A program made the translations under genes and the position numbers. Positions 16,542 through 29,489 of a DNA stretch of 63,146 nt are shown here, piece by piece. The notes beneath the pieces were generated by a model that ran no database searches, was not told the DNA's origin, and was given only the letters and a program-made list of their open reading frames with translations. The stretch spans positions 1 to 63,146 of the forward strand of contig DASPTB010000227.1 in NCBI GenBank assembly GCA_035623615.1, written 5' to 3'. Every line of letters starts with the position of its first letter. The stretch's first letter is position 1. The DNA is from Actinomycetota bacterium (GTDB lineage: Bacteria; Actinomycetota; UBA4738).

Positions 16542-17987
16542 TCAGTCCACCCTGCGCAACGCCTCGGCGGGGCGCAGCCGTGCGGCGCGCCAGCCGCCGA
16601 GCGAGCCCGCGATCAACCCCGCGGCCACCGCAAGCGCGATCGCCACGACGACGATCTCGAGGCCGACGGACGGCGTGAGGTGGACCGGCACCGTCCGCGC
16701 GAAGCCGGAGGGCCCTCCCGTTCGACCGCCGGACCCAGCTCCGGTGAAGCCGCCGCCGCCTCCGAATCCGCCGCCGCCTCCGAATCCGCCGAAGCCGCCC
16801 AGCGTCGCTGTGAGCGTGGGCATGAACGCGACGACGGCGAACGCGCCGGCGACTCCCAGCACGATGCCGACGAGACCCCCGAGGAGCCCCTGCGCCATCG
16901 CCTCGCCCATCACCTGCCGCACGACCCGTTGAGTCCGCCACCCCAGCGCCTTCAGCGTGCCGAACTCGCGCACCCGGCGCGAGACCGCGGAGACGGTGAG
17001 CAGGCTCGCGAGGCCGAAAGCGGCGATCAGGACGACCACCGAGAGCCACTTGCCGAGGTCGCCCGCCAGGGTGGCCGCGCTGGACAGCGACCCCGTCACC
17101 TGCGAAGCGAGGTCGGAGGAACTTGTCACGGTTGCTTTCGGCAGGGCGGCCTCGATGCCGGCCTGCGCGCGCGAGACGTCGGAGGCGTTGGCGGCCTTCA
17201 CGTACACGATGTTCACGTCGCCCGGCGCGTCGCCGATCCCCTGCGCCCGTGCCAGCGGCACGTACACGTCCGCCGACGAGGAGGAGTCGGCCTCGACGCC
17301 GATCACGTGGAACGTCGTTCCGCCGATCGAGAGCGCCGAGCCGACGTGCAGCTTGTGCTGCTTGGCGTAACTCTGGTCGACGATCGCCACGGCGGCGTCG
17401 GTCTCGTCGGGCCGAAAGGACCGTCCGCTCTCGAGGGACGAGGAACTGAGCGGCCCGACCCCGAGCGTGGTGACGTCGACACCGTCGAGCGTGTACGTGG
17501 AAACGTGGACGGGCGGCCGGGCGCTCGATCCGTTCCCGCCGGAGGAGGACGAGGGGAAGCCGGTCCCGCCGGAGGAGAACGAAAAGGTCCCCGTGAAGTG
17601 GATCATGTTGAGCTCGAGTGCCCCCGCTGCGCGGCCGACGCCGTCGACCGCGGCGATCGTTGCAACACGCGACGCGGCGAACGACTGGCGTCCGGGTGAG
17701 GGAAGCGCCCGGTCACGCGTGAATTGCTGGCCCGACTGCGCCCGCGTCGGCGGCCCGAACCCGAAGCGCGCGGAGCCGCCGGACCCGGGACGGGCCTGCT
17801 GGGTCACCGTCAGGTCGGTGCCGACCCCGTAGAGGGAATGCAGGACTTTCGTCTGGGCCTTCGCGACCGACGCCGAGAGCGACGACACCGTGACGACGAG
17901 GCCGATTCCGATGCCGAGCCCGAGCGCCACGACGAATGCCTGGCGGCGACGCCGGCGGAGCTCACGGCCGAGATAGGTCCAGAACAT
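16542..17987 (-). CDS. ABC transporter permease, FtsX/MacB-type, with a large extracytoplasmic domain
   Basis: Start is ATG 17987 with GGGAGG upstream. The order is N-terminal TM, ~270-aa external domain, then a C-terminal FtsX TM bundle (REFGTLKALGW). A Gly-rich loop sits between TM helices. Confidence 0.88.
   Translation of the reverse strand: MFWTYLGRELRRRRRQAFVVALGLGIGIGLVVTVSSLSASVAKAQTKVLHSLYGVGTDLTVTQQARPGSGGSARFGFGPPTRAQSGQQFTRDRALPSPGRQSFAASRVATIAAVDGVGRAAGALELNMIHFTGTFSFSSGGTGFPSSSSGGNGSSARPPVHVSTYTLDGVDVTTLGVGPLSSSSLESGRSFRPDETDAAVAIVDQSYAKQHKLHVGSALSIGGTTFHVIGVEADSSSSADVYVPLARAQGIGDAPGDVNIVYVKAANASDVSRAQAGIEAALPKATVTSSSDLASQVTGSLSSAATLAGDLGKWLSVVVLIAAFGLASLLTVSAVSRRVREFGTLKALGWRTQRVVRQVMGEAMAQGLLGGLVGIVLGVAGAFAVVAFMPTLTATLGGFGGFGGGGGFGGGGGFTGAGSGGRTGGPSGFARTVPVHLTPSVGLEIVVVAIALAVAAGLIAGSLGGWRAARLRPAEALRRVD
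16750..16799 (-). repeat. Perfect 18-bp tandem duplication (ccgccgccgcctccgaat x2 plus a partial copy) encoding a GGFGG-type glycine loop
   Basis: 16750-16767 is identical to 16768-16785. It lies within the FtsX permease coding sequence (GGFGGFGGGGGFGGGGGF). Confidence 0.85.
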
Positions 17988-18016
17988 CCCACGCCTCCCT
18001 GCAGGGTTCGATCGGT

Positions 18017-18037
18017 GAACGACACGCAGAAGGACAC
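18017..18037 (-). promoter_or_regulatory. Direct repeat GTGTC(C/G)TTC x2 (12-nt period), candidate response-regulator binding site
   Basis: It lies in the 88-nt gap between the kinase stop and the FtsX permease ATG, 30-50 nt upstream of the ATG. The two copies match at 8 of 9 positions. Confidence 0.3.
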
Positions 18038-18075
18038 GTAAAGGAAAGCGCGCCACCGTGAAGGAGCGATGAGGA

Positions 18076-19509
18076 TCAGCTGAGGAGCAGCTGTGAGACC
18101 GGCTTCGCCGCCCGTGGGAGCACGACCCGGAAGGTGGCGCCCGCGCCCGGCTCGGACTCGACGCGCACGGTCCCACCGTGCGCGTCGACGATGGCCGAAA
18201 CGATCGCGAGGCCGAGGCCGGCGCCGCCGCGCTCCCGGAAGCGGGAGGGGTCGGAGCGGAAGAAAGGCTCGAACACGTGGGCGAGCTCGTCCTCCGAGAG
18301 CCCCCGGCCGTGGTCACGCACCTCGAGCACGACGTCGTTCTCGCCCCCTCCGACGCTCACCTCGATGGGCGACCCCGCAGGCGTGTGCGCGAGGGCGTTC
18401 GTCATCAGGTTCGCAACCACCTGCCGCAGCCGAATCTCGTCCCCCGACACGATCTCGGGATCCGGCGCCGAGAGGGTGATGCGTCGCGACGGGTCGACGG
18501 CGCGCGCGTCCGACACGGCGTCGGCGGCGACGGCGGCGAGATCGACCGGCGCGCGTTCGAGCGGTCGCCCCTGGTCCAGACGGGCGAGCAGCAGCAGCTC
18601 GTCCACCAGGACGCCCATCCGCGTCGCCTCCTGCTCGATGCGTCGCATGGACGTCGCCAGGTCCTCGGGCCGCTGGTCGGCGCCGCGGCGGAACAGCTCC
18701 GAGTATCCGCGAATGGACGTGAGCGGGGTGCGCAGCTCGTGGGACGCGTCGGCGAGGAACCGCCGCAGCCGGTTCTCGGACTCGGTTCGTTCCTGGAAGG
18801 CTTCCTCGATCTGGGCGAGCATCGCGTTGAGCGCGATGCCGAGCCGCCCCACCTCGGTCCTCGGGTCGGTCGCGTCCACGCGCTGGGACAGATCGCCCCC
18901 GGCGATCGCGCCGGCGGTCTCCTCGATCCGGTCGAGCGGCCGGAGCTCCCGCCGAACGGTCCACCAGGACAGCAGACCGAGCCCGAGCATGACGCCGAGC
19001 GCCACCAGGCCCTCGACGAGCAGCAACCGGGACAGTGTCTGATGCACCTCCGTCAGCGGAATCCCGACGACGAGCACGCCGTGCGCCTCCGAGAGCGGCT
19101 GCGCCAGAACTCGATACGGGGTGGTTCCTTGACGGTTCGTGGTGGTGAACCGCGTCGGCTCGGTGACGCCGCCCGTTCCCGGGGGAAGCTTCAGCTGCGG
19201 CACGGTCGTGTCGAACCCGCTGCCGACCGGACCGGCGACCACCGCGTCGCCCGACACGATCTCGCCCACCGTGCCGGGCGGGAAGACGTCGCCGGGTCCC
19301 GCGTCGTGATCGGGGTCGGGGAAGGTCTGCGGCGGCTGCGAGCCGGAGAGGAGCTGGCCCTCGAACATCCCGCGCGCCGCCGCGGCCTGCTGGTCGACGC
19401 GCTGCACGAGGAACGAACGGAGCGACACGTACGTGGCGCCACCGGCGACGAGCAGCCCGGCGAGAACGAAACCGGTGATGGCGAGCAGCAGTCGCAGCCG
19501 CAGGGTCAC
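18076..19509 (-). CDS. Sensor histidine kinase (two TM, HAMP, HisKA, HATPase_c)
   Basis: It has H-box SHELRTPLTSIRGYSE, N-box NLMTNALAHTP, G1 DHGRGL and G2 GGAGLGLAIV. The start is GTG. Confidence 0.92.
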   Translation of the reverse strand: MTLRLRLLLAITGFVLAGLLVAGGATYVSLRSFLVQRVDQQAAAARGMFEGQLLSGSQPPQTFPDPDHDAGPGDVFPPGTVGEIVSGDAVVAGPVGSGFDTTVPQLKLPPGTGGVTEPTRFTTTNRQGTTPYRVLAQPLSEAHGVLVVGIPLTEVHQTLSRLLLVEGLVALGVMLGLGLLSWWTVRRELRPLDRIEETAGAIAGGDLSQRVDATDPRTEVGRLGIALNAMLAQIEEAFQERTESENRLRRFLADASHELRTPLTSIRGYSELFRRGADQRPEDLATSMRRIEQEATRMGVLVDELLLLARLDQGRPLERAPVDLAAVAADAVSDARAVDPSRRITLSAPDPEIVSGDEIRLRQVVANLMTNALAHTPAGSPIEVSVGGGENDVVLEVRDHGRGLSEDELAHVFEPFFRSDPSRFRERGGAGLGLAIVSAIVDAHGGTVRVESEPGAGATFRVVLPRAAKPVSQLLLS

Positions 19510-19515
19510 GGCCGC

Positions 19516-20220
<705 letters not shown>

Positions 20221-20355
20221 GACCCGGGACGGTACGGGGCGTCCCTGAGGATTTCCTGTGAGGAGGCAGTGAATCCGCGGAGAGCGCCCTTCGCCTCCGG
20301 GGACGCCGTCGGAAGGTCCTTGCCCGGCCGAGAGCGGCTGTTACGCTCCACTCTC

Positions 20356-21255
20356 GTGCGCCGATCCGTTTCCCTTGCCGTCGTGGTCCCGACGATCGCC
20401 CTCTGGGCGACCGTGGCGTCGACGGCTCCCGCCCGGGCCGCGGCCCCGGCTCAACTGCACGGCACTCGACTGACCATCCAGTTCGACCCGACGGACCCCG
20501 AGCGCGTGACGTCCCTCACGTGGGTCGACGGTTCGGGGACCACGACGGGAAACCTTGTCGCACAGGGAGGCCCGCTCACGTGCACCGATCCGCATGAGTT
20601 CTTCGGCCAGTCCTACGGCGCGCCCGAGGGGACGACTCCCGACCCGGTCGTCGCAGGCCACCTCGCGTCGCTGTCGGGACGGTCCTCGACGAAGGCCAAG
20701 ATCAAGAGCCGGAAGTCGGATTGCCGGGGCGGGAAGCAGATTCGGGTGACGACTTCGTATCAGCTGTTCGGCGGCGCGCAAGCCAGCGAAGTACGCATCG
20801 CGAGAACGATCGGATTCACCTCCCATACGACGCCCTTCACCGGGGTCGGTGTCCGGCCGTACGTCCCGAGGCTGTCGCTCGGCGACTTCTCCATCACCAT
20901 GCTTCCGGACGGCGCCGGCACCGGCGTCACCTACGTGGACCCCGGGTCGTGCTCCGACGACTGTCTGACGGCCACCGGTTCCACCTGGAACGGCTCGTGG
21001 TTCGCCGACCTCGACCCGCCCAACGGGTACGCGATGATCGTCCTTCGCGACCCGTCGATGACGTCGCCGGTCGACCTCGCGGTGAACAACGACGGCGACT
21101 CCGATTCGAATCTGTCGTCGTTCGTCGTTCTGCAGCCCGACGGTGGCTGGCACGCCGCCGTTCAGGAGACCGAGTACCTCTGCTTCGAGGATCTGCTCAG
21201 CTGGCCGCAGTCCGAACGGGATGCCGCGGAGCTGCCGGCGGGGTGCGGTCCATGA
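20356..21255 (+). CDS. Secreted Cys-rich protein of unknown function
   Basis: This is the GTG 20356 sub-ORF of the long track ORF 18178..21255. The signal peptide is VRRSVSLAVVVPTIALWATVASTAPARA. It has about 8 Cys and I recognise no family. Confidence 0.6.
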   Translation: MRRSVSLAVVVPTIALWATVASTAPARAAAPAQLHGTRLTIQFDPTDPERVTSLTWVDGSGTTTGNLVAQGGPLTCTDPHEFFGQSYGAPEGTTPDPVVAGHLASLSGRSSTKAKIKSRKSDCRGGKQIRVTTSYQLFGGAQASEVRIARTIGFTSHTTPFTGVGVRPYVPRLSLGDFSITMLPDGAGTGVTYVDPGSCSDDCLTATGSTWNGSWFADLDPPNGYAMIVLRDPSMTSPVDLAVNNDGDSDSNLSSFVVLQPDGGWHAAVQETEYLCFEDLLSWPQSERDAAELPAGCGP

Positions 21256-21291
21256 GCGAAGCGCGACCGCCCGAAAGAGCGCGACTCCGGC

Positions 21292-21639
21292 TCAGCTCTT
21301 CTGACTGCAAGCGGTGACCGAGAACGTCGTTCCGCGCGGGGCGCTGAACACCTTGGTCTTGGAGACCGAGGCGTACCCGGAGACGGTCGCTGCGACGAGA
21401 TACGTCTTGCCGTAGGGGCTCGTCAACTTCGTCGTGATCCGGCTTGCGCTCGGCGTGAGATTCGCCATGTGGACGGTCACCGCGTAGTCGTAGTAGCGCC
21501 CGCCCGACGACCCGACCACCTTGGCGCCTGCCAGCGTGCAGGTCGCTCCGGCCGCCGCGGACACGTTGGGTGCGGCAGCGGTGGCGACGCCGAGGAACAT
21601 GACCCCGGCCGCCAGCAGTCCAATGAGCCGCGTTCGCAC
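21292..21639 (-). CDS. Small secreted protein of unknown function
   Basis: GTG 21639 has GGAGG 5 nt upstream. The signal peptide is VRTRLIGLLAAGVMFLGVATAAAPNVSA. One Cys lies near each end of the mature protein. Confidence 0.6.
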   Translation of the reverse strand: MRTRLIGLLAAGVMFLGVATAAAPNVSAAAGATCTLAGAKVVGSSGGRYYDYAVTVHMANLTPSASRITTKLTSPYGKTYLVAATVSGYASVSKTKVFSAPRGTTFSVTACSQKS

Positions 21640-21756
21640 TCGAACCTCCGTCACGAGGGGCAACCTGCCCGCCTCTTAGGTATCGGACAAACGGGGACCC
21701 CGGCTGTACCCCAAATGTGGAAGTTTCCGGACCAGCCGGTCGACGCCCAGGCTGAG

Positions 21757-21770
21757 GTCTTCGCGAAGAC
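21757..21770 (-). terminator. 14-bp perfect palindrome GTCTTCGCGAAGAC just downstream of yihY (hairpin or terminator candidate)
   Basis: It lies 12 nt past the yihY stop on the minus strand. No U-tract follows. Confidence 0.3.
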
Positions 21771-21782
21771 GTCAGGAGCCCA

Positions 21783-22649
21783 CTACCTCGGGGCGGTCAG
21801 GCTCCTCGGCCACTGGCGGCGCCTGACCACGACGTTCAGCTCGGCCGAGTACATCGTGAGCTGCGCCCCGAGGTAGATCCAGAAGAGCGTCCCGATCACG
21901 AGCCCGAAGACGCCGTAGAGCTGTGTCGCGTTGCGAACCTCGCGCTGCACGAGCAGGCCGCCGAAGATCTGCAGCGCGGTCCATCCAGCCGCTCCAACGA
22001 TCGCCCCCGGCAGCACGTCTCGCCACCCGACGTCGCGGGCCGTCAAGACCCAGAAGGCCACCATGTAGAGACCCAGGTTCACCGCGAAGGGCGCGAGCAC
22101 GCCGAGAAAGGCCTTCACCCAGCCGGGGGCATGCAGAGCGGTCGCCCAGCCGACGAGGAAGGTGGACGCCACCAGGAACGCCCCCAAGATCACGAGCATG
22201 GCGACGCTGCGCAGCTTCGAGATGAAGAAATTGGAGCGCTTCGGCATCGGCACGCCCCATGCCTCGTCGAACGCGTTCTGTGCGGCCGCCATCACGCCCA
22301 GGCCACCCCAGAGCGAGCCCACGACGCCGATGAGGAGCACGATGGTGTTGCCCGAGATGGCGTCGATGTTGTCCTTCAGCTGCGGACCGATCACCGGGAA
22401 CTGCTGCAGCGCAGAGTTCTCGATGCTCTTCTGCAACGACGGATGGCCCGACAAGACCATGCCGAGCACGGTCACGAGGACGAGCATCAGCGGGAAGATC
22501 GACAGGAATCCGTAGTAGGCGATGAGCGCCGCGAGGAAGCCGCCGCGATCGTCCCCGTACTTCCGCACGACCGCCAGTGGCAATCCCAGCCACGAGTGGA
22601 GCTGCTGGTACCGATCGAATCGCTCAAGGAGGCGGTTGAACCACGTCAC
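21783..22649 (-). CDS. yihY: YihY/BrkB family inner-membrane protein
   Basis: The N-terminus (LGLPLAVVRKYGDDRGGFLAALIAYYGFLSIFPLML) and polytopic body are typical of the family. The start is GTG. Confidence 0.88.
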   Translation of the reverse strand: MTWFNRLLERFDRYQQLHSWLGLPLAVVRKYGDDRGGFLAALIAYYGFLSIFPLMLVLVTVLGMVLSGHPSLQKSIENSALQQFPVIGPQLKDNIDAISGNTIVLLIGVVGSLWGGLGVMAAAQNAFDEAWGVPMPKRSNFFISKLRSVAMLVILGAFLVASTFLVGWATALHAPGWVKAFLGVLAPFAVNLGLYMVAFWVLTARDVGWRDVLPGAIVGAAGWTALQIFGGLLVQREVRNATQLYGVFGLVIGTLFWIYLGAQLTMYSAELNVVVRRRQWPRSLTAPR

Positions 22650-22706
22650 CGACGGACCTCTCCCCGTTCGGCCGGCCGGGCCGTGGCCGCCGCCCTCACC
22701 CGCAGG

Positions 22707-25336
<2,630 letters not shown>

Positions 25337-25344
<8 letters not shown>

Positions 25345-26002
25345 CGTCGCGCCATCCCGGGGCGTACTTCTCGAGAACAGCGGGGGGGATGTGGTCGGAG
25401 AAGCGCTTCGCCGCGTCCAGCAACGCCGGCAGCTCGGCGTGGCCGACGTGGCGGCCGTGGACGATGAACTCGTCCCCTTCCGTCTCGTAGACGTACTCGG
25501 TCCCCGACTCGAGCAGTGCCTCCATCATCGGGTGATCGAACAGCTCGCGCGCGTAGTCGGGGTGGGTGGTCTTCACCTCGAAGTGCTTGTCGAAGTCGCG
25601 CGCGCCGCACGTGACCTCCAGGTGGTCATGGTGGAGGCGGTCGATCCGATCCAGGTCGTCGGCCGCGCGCGTCAGCAGCCCCTTCTTCTCCACGTAGACG
25701 TAGGGGAGGTCGGCGTCCAAGCGCACCATCGCCACGGTGATGTCGTCCCGCTCGATCCAGTCGATCGAAACGCCCGCGCCCGACGCGCCGACCATCTGCG
25801 GAACCAAGACATCGAAAACGCTCAGGTCGGTCCCGTTCCACGACCCGGTCAGCAGGTTCGTCCCCGTCACCACCGGATGGTCCTCACCGAGCGTGTACAG
25901 GTAGAAGCGCTCGTGGAGCATCGAGTCCGGGACGTCGGCCTGATACGCGAACGCGTGCTCTTCGGCCCACCGCTGTCGCCCGCTCGCCCATTCGTCGCTC
26001 AT
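25337..26002 (-). CDS. Hypothetical acidic cytoplasmic protein (221 aa), family not recognised
   Basis: The reading frame is clean, with strongly G/C-biased third positions and a normal amino-acid mix. ATG 26002 overlaps the mfd stop (ATGA), and its own stop overlaps the mazG start. Confidence 0.75.
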
Positions 26003-29000
26003 GGGTCGTCCGTTGCGTCATCGTCCGGGGACGTGATGGCGTCTTCCACGTAGCCGACGAGCAGCTCCTCGGTGAACTGCGGGGGCGGCTCGAGGTTGAG
26101 GGTCTTCGTGACCTCATGGTAGACGGCGTCGCCGCGCGAGGCGGGGATCACGTGACCGACCGACGGCTCGACGGGGCGGATGCGGATCTGGCGTCGGATC
26201 GTCGAGATCTCGTCCACGCCGGCCTTCAGGCTCGCAAGGCGAAGGGACTGGATGGCGAACAGCGTCCGAACCTCATCGGGGAGCCGTCCGAACCGGTCCT
26301 CCGTCTCCGACCGCGCGGCGGCGAGGTCGTCGGCATCGCGCGCCATGCCGATCCGCCGATAGAGCTCGAGCCGAAGCGCCTCCTGCCCGAGCCACTCGGG
26401 CGGGACGAACGCGCGAACCGGGAGATCGACGCGGACGTCGCGCTCCTCCGGCAGCGGCTCGCCCTTCATCTCGGCCACCGACTCTGCGAGCAGCCGCACG
26501 TACGTGTCGAATCCAACCGCGGCGATGTGCCCGTGCTGCTCGGCGCCGAGCAGATTCCCCGCGCCGCGGATCTCCAGATCCTTCATCGCGATCTGGAATC
26601 CGGATCCGAGGGCCGTGTGGCGGCTGATCGCTGCGAGGCGCGCGTGCGCCTCCTCGGTGAGCTGCGCCTGCGGCGGGAAGAAGAGATAGGCGAACGCGCG
26701 CTCCGCCGAGCGGCCGACGCGCCCGCGCAGCTGGTACATCTGCGCCAGGCCCAACCGGTCGGCGCGCTCGACGACCAGCGTGTTGGCGCTCGGCACGTCC
26801 AGCCCGCTCTCGATGATCGTGGTGCACACGAGCACGTCGGCCGAGCGGTCCCAGAACGCCATCATGACCTTCTCCAGCTGTTGCTCCTCCATCTGGCCGT
26901 GCGCCGTCACGATGCGCGCGTCGGGCAGCTTCGACCGCAGCCTCCCGGCCGCCCGTTCGATCGTCTCCACCCGGTTGTGCACCCAGAAGGCCTGGCCCCC
27001 ACGGAGCAGCTCGCGGCGGACCGCCGCGAGCGCCATGTCCTCCTCGTACGAACCGACGTACGTGAGCACCGGCTGGCGATCCTCCGGCGGTGTGTCCACG
27101 CTCGACATGTCGCGGATGCCGGCCAGCGCCATCTCGAGCGTCCGGGGAATCGGCGTCGCCGTCATCGTCAGGACGTCGACGCTCGCGCGCAGCTTCTTCA
27201 GCCGCTCCTTGTGCGTCACGCCGAAGCGCTGCTCCTCGTCGACGATCAACAGGCCGAGGTCCTTGAACGTCACGTCGCGCGACAGCAGCCGGTGCGTGCC
27301 GATGACGACGTCGATCGCCCCTGCCGCGACGCCGGCGATCACCTCGTCCTGTTCCTTCGCCGACAGGAACCGTGAGAGCATCGCCACCTTCGAGGGGAAC
27401 GGAGCGAAGCGCTCGGAGAACGTCACGTAGTGCTGCTCGGCCAGCAGCGTCGTGGGAACGAGGACGGCCACCTGCTTCCCGTCCATCACTGCCTTGAACG
27501 CCGCGCGCACCGCGATCTCGGTCTTGCCGTATCCCACGTCGCCGCAGATGAGCCGGTCCATCGGGCGCTGGCTCTCCATGTCGGCCTTCACCTCGGAGAT
27601 CGCCGCCAGCTGGTCGCGGGTCTCCTCGAACGGGAACGCGTCCTCCAGCTCCATCTGCCACGGCGTGTCGGGGCCGAACGCGTGTCCCTTGACCGTCATG
27701 CGCACCGAGTAGAGGCGAACGAGCTCGCCGGCCATGTCGCGGATCGCGCGGCGGACGCGGCCCTTGCTCCGCACCCAGTCGCTCGAACCCAGACGGTGCA
27801 CGCGAGGCGCCTCGCCGCCGATGTATTTCGTCACGACGCCGACCTGGTCGGAGGGAACGTACAGCCGGTCTCCCTGCGCGTACTCGAGGAGAAGGTAGTC
27901 GCGCTCCGACCCGGCGACCGACCGACGGACGATCCCCACGTAGCGGCCCACGCCGTGCACCTGGTGCACGCAGAGATCGCCCGGCTCGAGGTCGGCGGCC
28001 ACCGCCTCGGCGCGACGCTGCGTGATGCGCGGCGCCTCGCGCGTGTGCCGCCGCCGGCCGAACAGGTCCTCTTCGCTGACGACCGCGAGGGCGCCGGCCT
28101 CGTAGACGAACCCCTCGGGAACGTCGGCTCGGATCGCGACCACGTCGTCGGCACCGAGGCCCGCCCCAGAGAGCACCTCGAGGGCACGGTCGAGGCTGCC
28201 GAGACCCTCCGCGAGCGCGACCACACTCGCTCCCGACCGCCGGAGGGCGGCGACCTCCGAGGCCCGGCTCTCGCCGGTGCCGGTCGCGTCCCACGACCGG
28301 ATGCCGAGGTCGACGCCTTCGGAAAGCTCGGAGAGCTCCGCCGTGGGACGGCCCCCGATCGCCTCGTGCAGCGACTCGATCACCGGCCGTCCCGGCCAGC
28401 CCGACGCCTCGGCGAGCGCGCTTGCCTCCTCGACGATCCTCGCGGCGCGGTCGGAGACCATTCGCGACGGCGAGAGCACGACGGGCGACGGGGCGGGAAG
28501 CAGTTCGGAGAGCGTCGGGAGCACGTCGAACAGGAGCGGGATCGTCTGCTCCATTCCTTCGAACGTCATTCCCTCCGCGACACGCTCCAGCATCGACCGG
28601 TACTGCCCCGTGATGCGCGGGGATTGCATCGCGCGTTCGGCGCGAGCACGGGCGTCGGCGTCGACGACGAGTTCGCGGCACGGGTGCACCTGGACACGGT
28701 CGAGCGCGCCGGTGGAGAGCTGCGTTCCGGGGGAGAACTCGCGGAGCGACTCGATGTCGTCCCCCACGAGCTCGAGCCGCGCGGGCCGGCGCGCCGTCGA
28801 CGGGAACAGGTCGAGGATGCCGCCGCGCACCGCGAACTCGCCGCGGTGCTCGACGACATCCACGCGCGCGTAGCCGAGGGAGACGAGCGCGTCGACGAGC
28901 GCTCCCAGATCGACCGACTCGCCGCGCGCGATGCCGAGCGGCTCGTGGGCGCCGAGCTCCGGCGAGACGCGCTGAAGTGCCGCGAGCACCGGAGTCGTCA

Positions 29001-29358
29001 CCACCGCCGGGCCGGTCGCCGCGCGGATGCGATGCGCCGCCTCCGCGCGGCGCCCCGCGGTGAGCGGACCGGGGCTGATCCCTTCGTACGGGAGCGACTC
29101 CCACGCGGGGAACCGGATCACGCGGTCCTCGCCGAGCCAGGCGCTCGCGGCGGCGGCCAGCCCCTCCGCGCCCCGGGGATCGGCCGCGACCGCCAGGACG
29201 GGCGCCGAGCGCGCGAGGGCCAATGCGGCCGCGACGAACCCATGGGCCGGGGCGGGCGCGCTCGCGAGGACGACCTCGCCCTCGAAATGCTCGGCGACGG
29301 GGCTCGCCGCGCGCTCCAGGACCTCGGCGACCGACTCTTCCTGCGTTCTCGTCGCCAT
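25999..29358 (-). CDS. mfd: Transcription-repair coupling factor Mfd
   Basis: It starts at ATG 29358 within the 1328-aa track ORF. It has the helicase motifs GDVGYGKTE and DEEQRFG, and a TRG-like C-terminal region. Confidence 0.96.
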   Translation of the reverse strand: MATRTQEESVAEVLERAASPVAEHFEGEVVLASAPAPAHGFVAAALALARSAPVLAVAADPRGAEGLAAAASAWLGEDRVIRFPAWESLPYEGISPGPLTAGRRAEAAHRIRAATGPAVVTTPVLAALQRVSPELGAHEPLGIARGESVDLGALVDALVSLGYARVDVVEHRGEFAVRGGILDLFPSTARRPARLELVGDDIESLREFSPGTQLSTGALDRVQVHPCRELVVDADARARAERAMQSPRITGQYRSMLERVAEGMTFEGMEQTIPLLFDVLPTLSELLPAPSPVVLSPSRMVSDRAARIVEEASALAEASGWPGRPVIESLHEAIGGRPTAELSELSEGVDLGIRSWDATGTGESRASEVAALRRSGASVVALAEGLGSLDRALEVLSGAGLGADDVVAIRADVPEGFVYEAGALAVVSEEDLFGRRRHTREAPRITQRRAEAVAADLEPGDLCVHQVHGVGRYVGIVRRSVAGSERDYLLLEYAQGDRLYVPSDQVGVVTKYIGGEAPRVHRLGSSDWVRSKGRVRRAIRDMAGELVRLYSVRMTVKGHAFGPDTPWQMELEDAFPFEETRDQLAAISEVKADMESQRPMDRLICGDVGYGKTEIAVRAAFKAVMDGKQVAVLVPTTLLAEQHYVTFSERFAPFPSKVAMLSRFLSAKEQDEVIAGVAAGAIDVVIGTHRLLSRDVTFKDLGLLIVDEEQRFGVTHKERLKKLRASVDVLTMTATPIPRTLEMALAGIRDMSSVDTPPEDRQPVLTYVGSYEEDMALAAVRRELLRGGQAFWVHNRVETIERAAGRLRSKLPDARIVTAHGQMEEQQLEKVMMAFWDRSADVLVCTTIIESGLDVPSANTLVVERADRLGLAQMYQLRGRVGRSAERAFAYLFFPPQAQLTEEAHARLAAISRHTALGSGFQIAMKDLEIRGAGNLLGAEQHGHIAAVGFDTYVRLLAESVAEMKGEPLPEERDVRVDLPVRAFVPPEWLGQEALRLELYRRIGMARDADDLAAARSETEDRFGRLPDEVRTLFAIQSLRLASLKAGVDEISTIRRQIRIRPVEPSVGHVIPASRGDAVYHEVTKTLNLEPPPQFTEELLVGYVEDAITSPDDDATDDP

Positions 29359-29408
29359 CCCCGGCCGACCCTCCCGGCGCGCGTTTCCGCCACCCGACAT
29401 GCACGAAG

Positions 29409-29433
29409 AGGCCTCGTGCGGCGCACGGGGCCT
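29409..29433 (-). terminator. GC-rich hairpin between pth and mfd (terminator or attenuator candidate)
   Basis: aggcctcgtgc-ggc-gcacggggcct forms an 11-bp stem with one mismatch and a 3-nt loop. An upstream gcacga (29401-29406) offers an alternative pairing partner. Confidence 0.3.
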
Positions 29434-29489
29434 GTTACCGAGGAGTGTAGCTGCAGCCGACGACGGGGCGAACGTTCCCGCGAGGGCGA

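Noticed and set aside
16750-16799. The short tandem repeats at 1292-1345, 16750-16799 and 30151-30211 as a CRISPR array or a non-coding satellite.
   Set aside because: All three lie in frame inside well-supported genes and encode low-complexity peptide segments (DH, GGFGG and EGAEA). There are no spacers and no cas genes.
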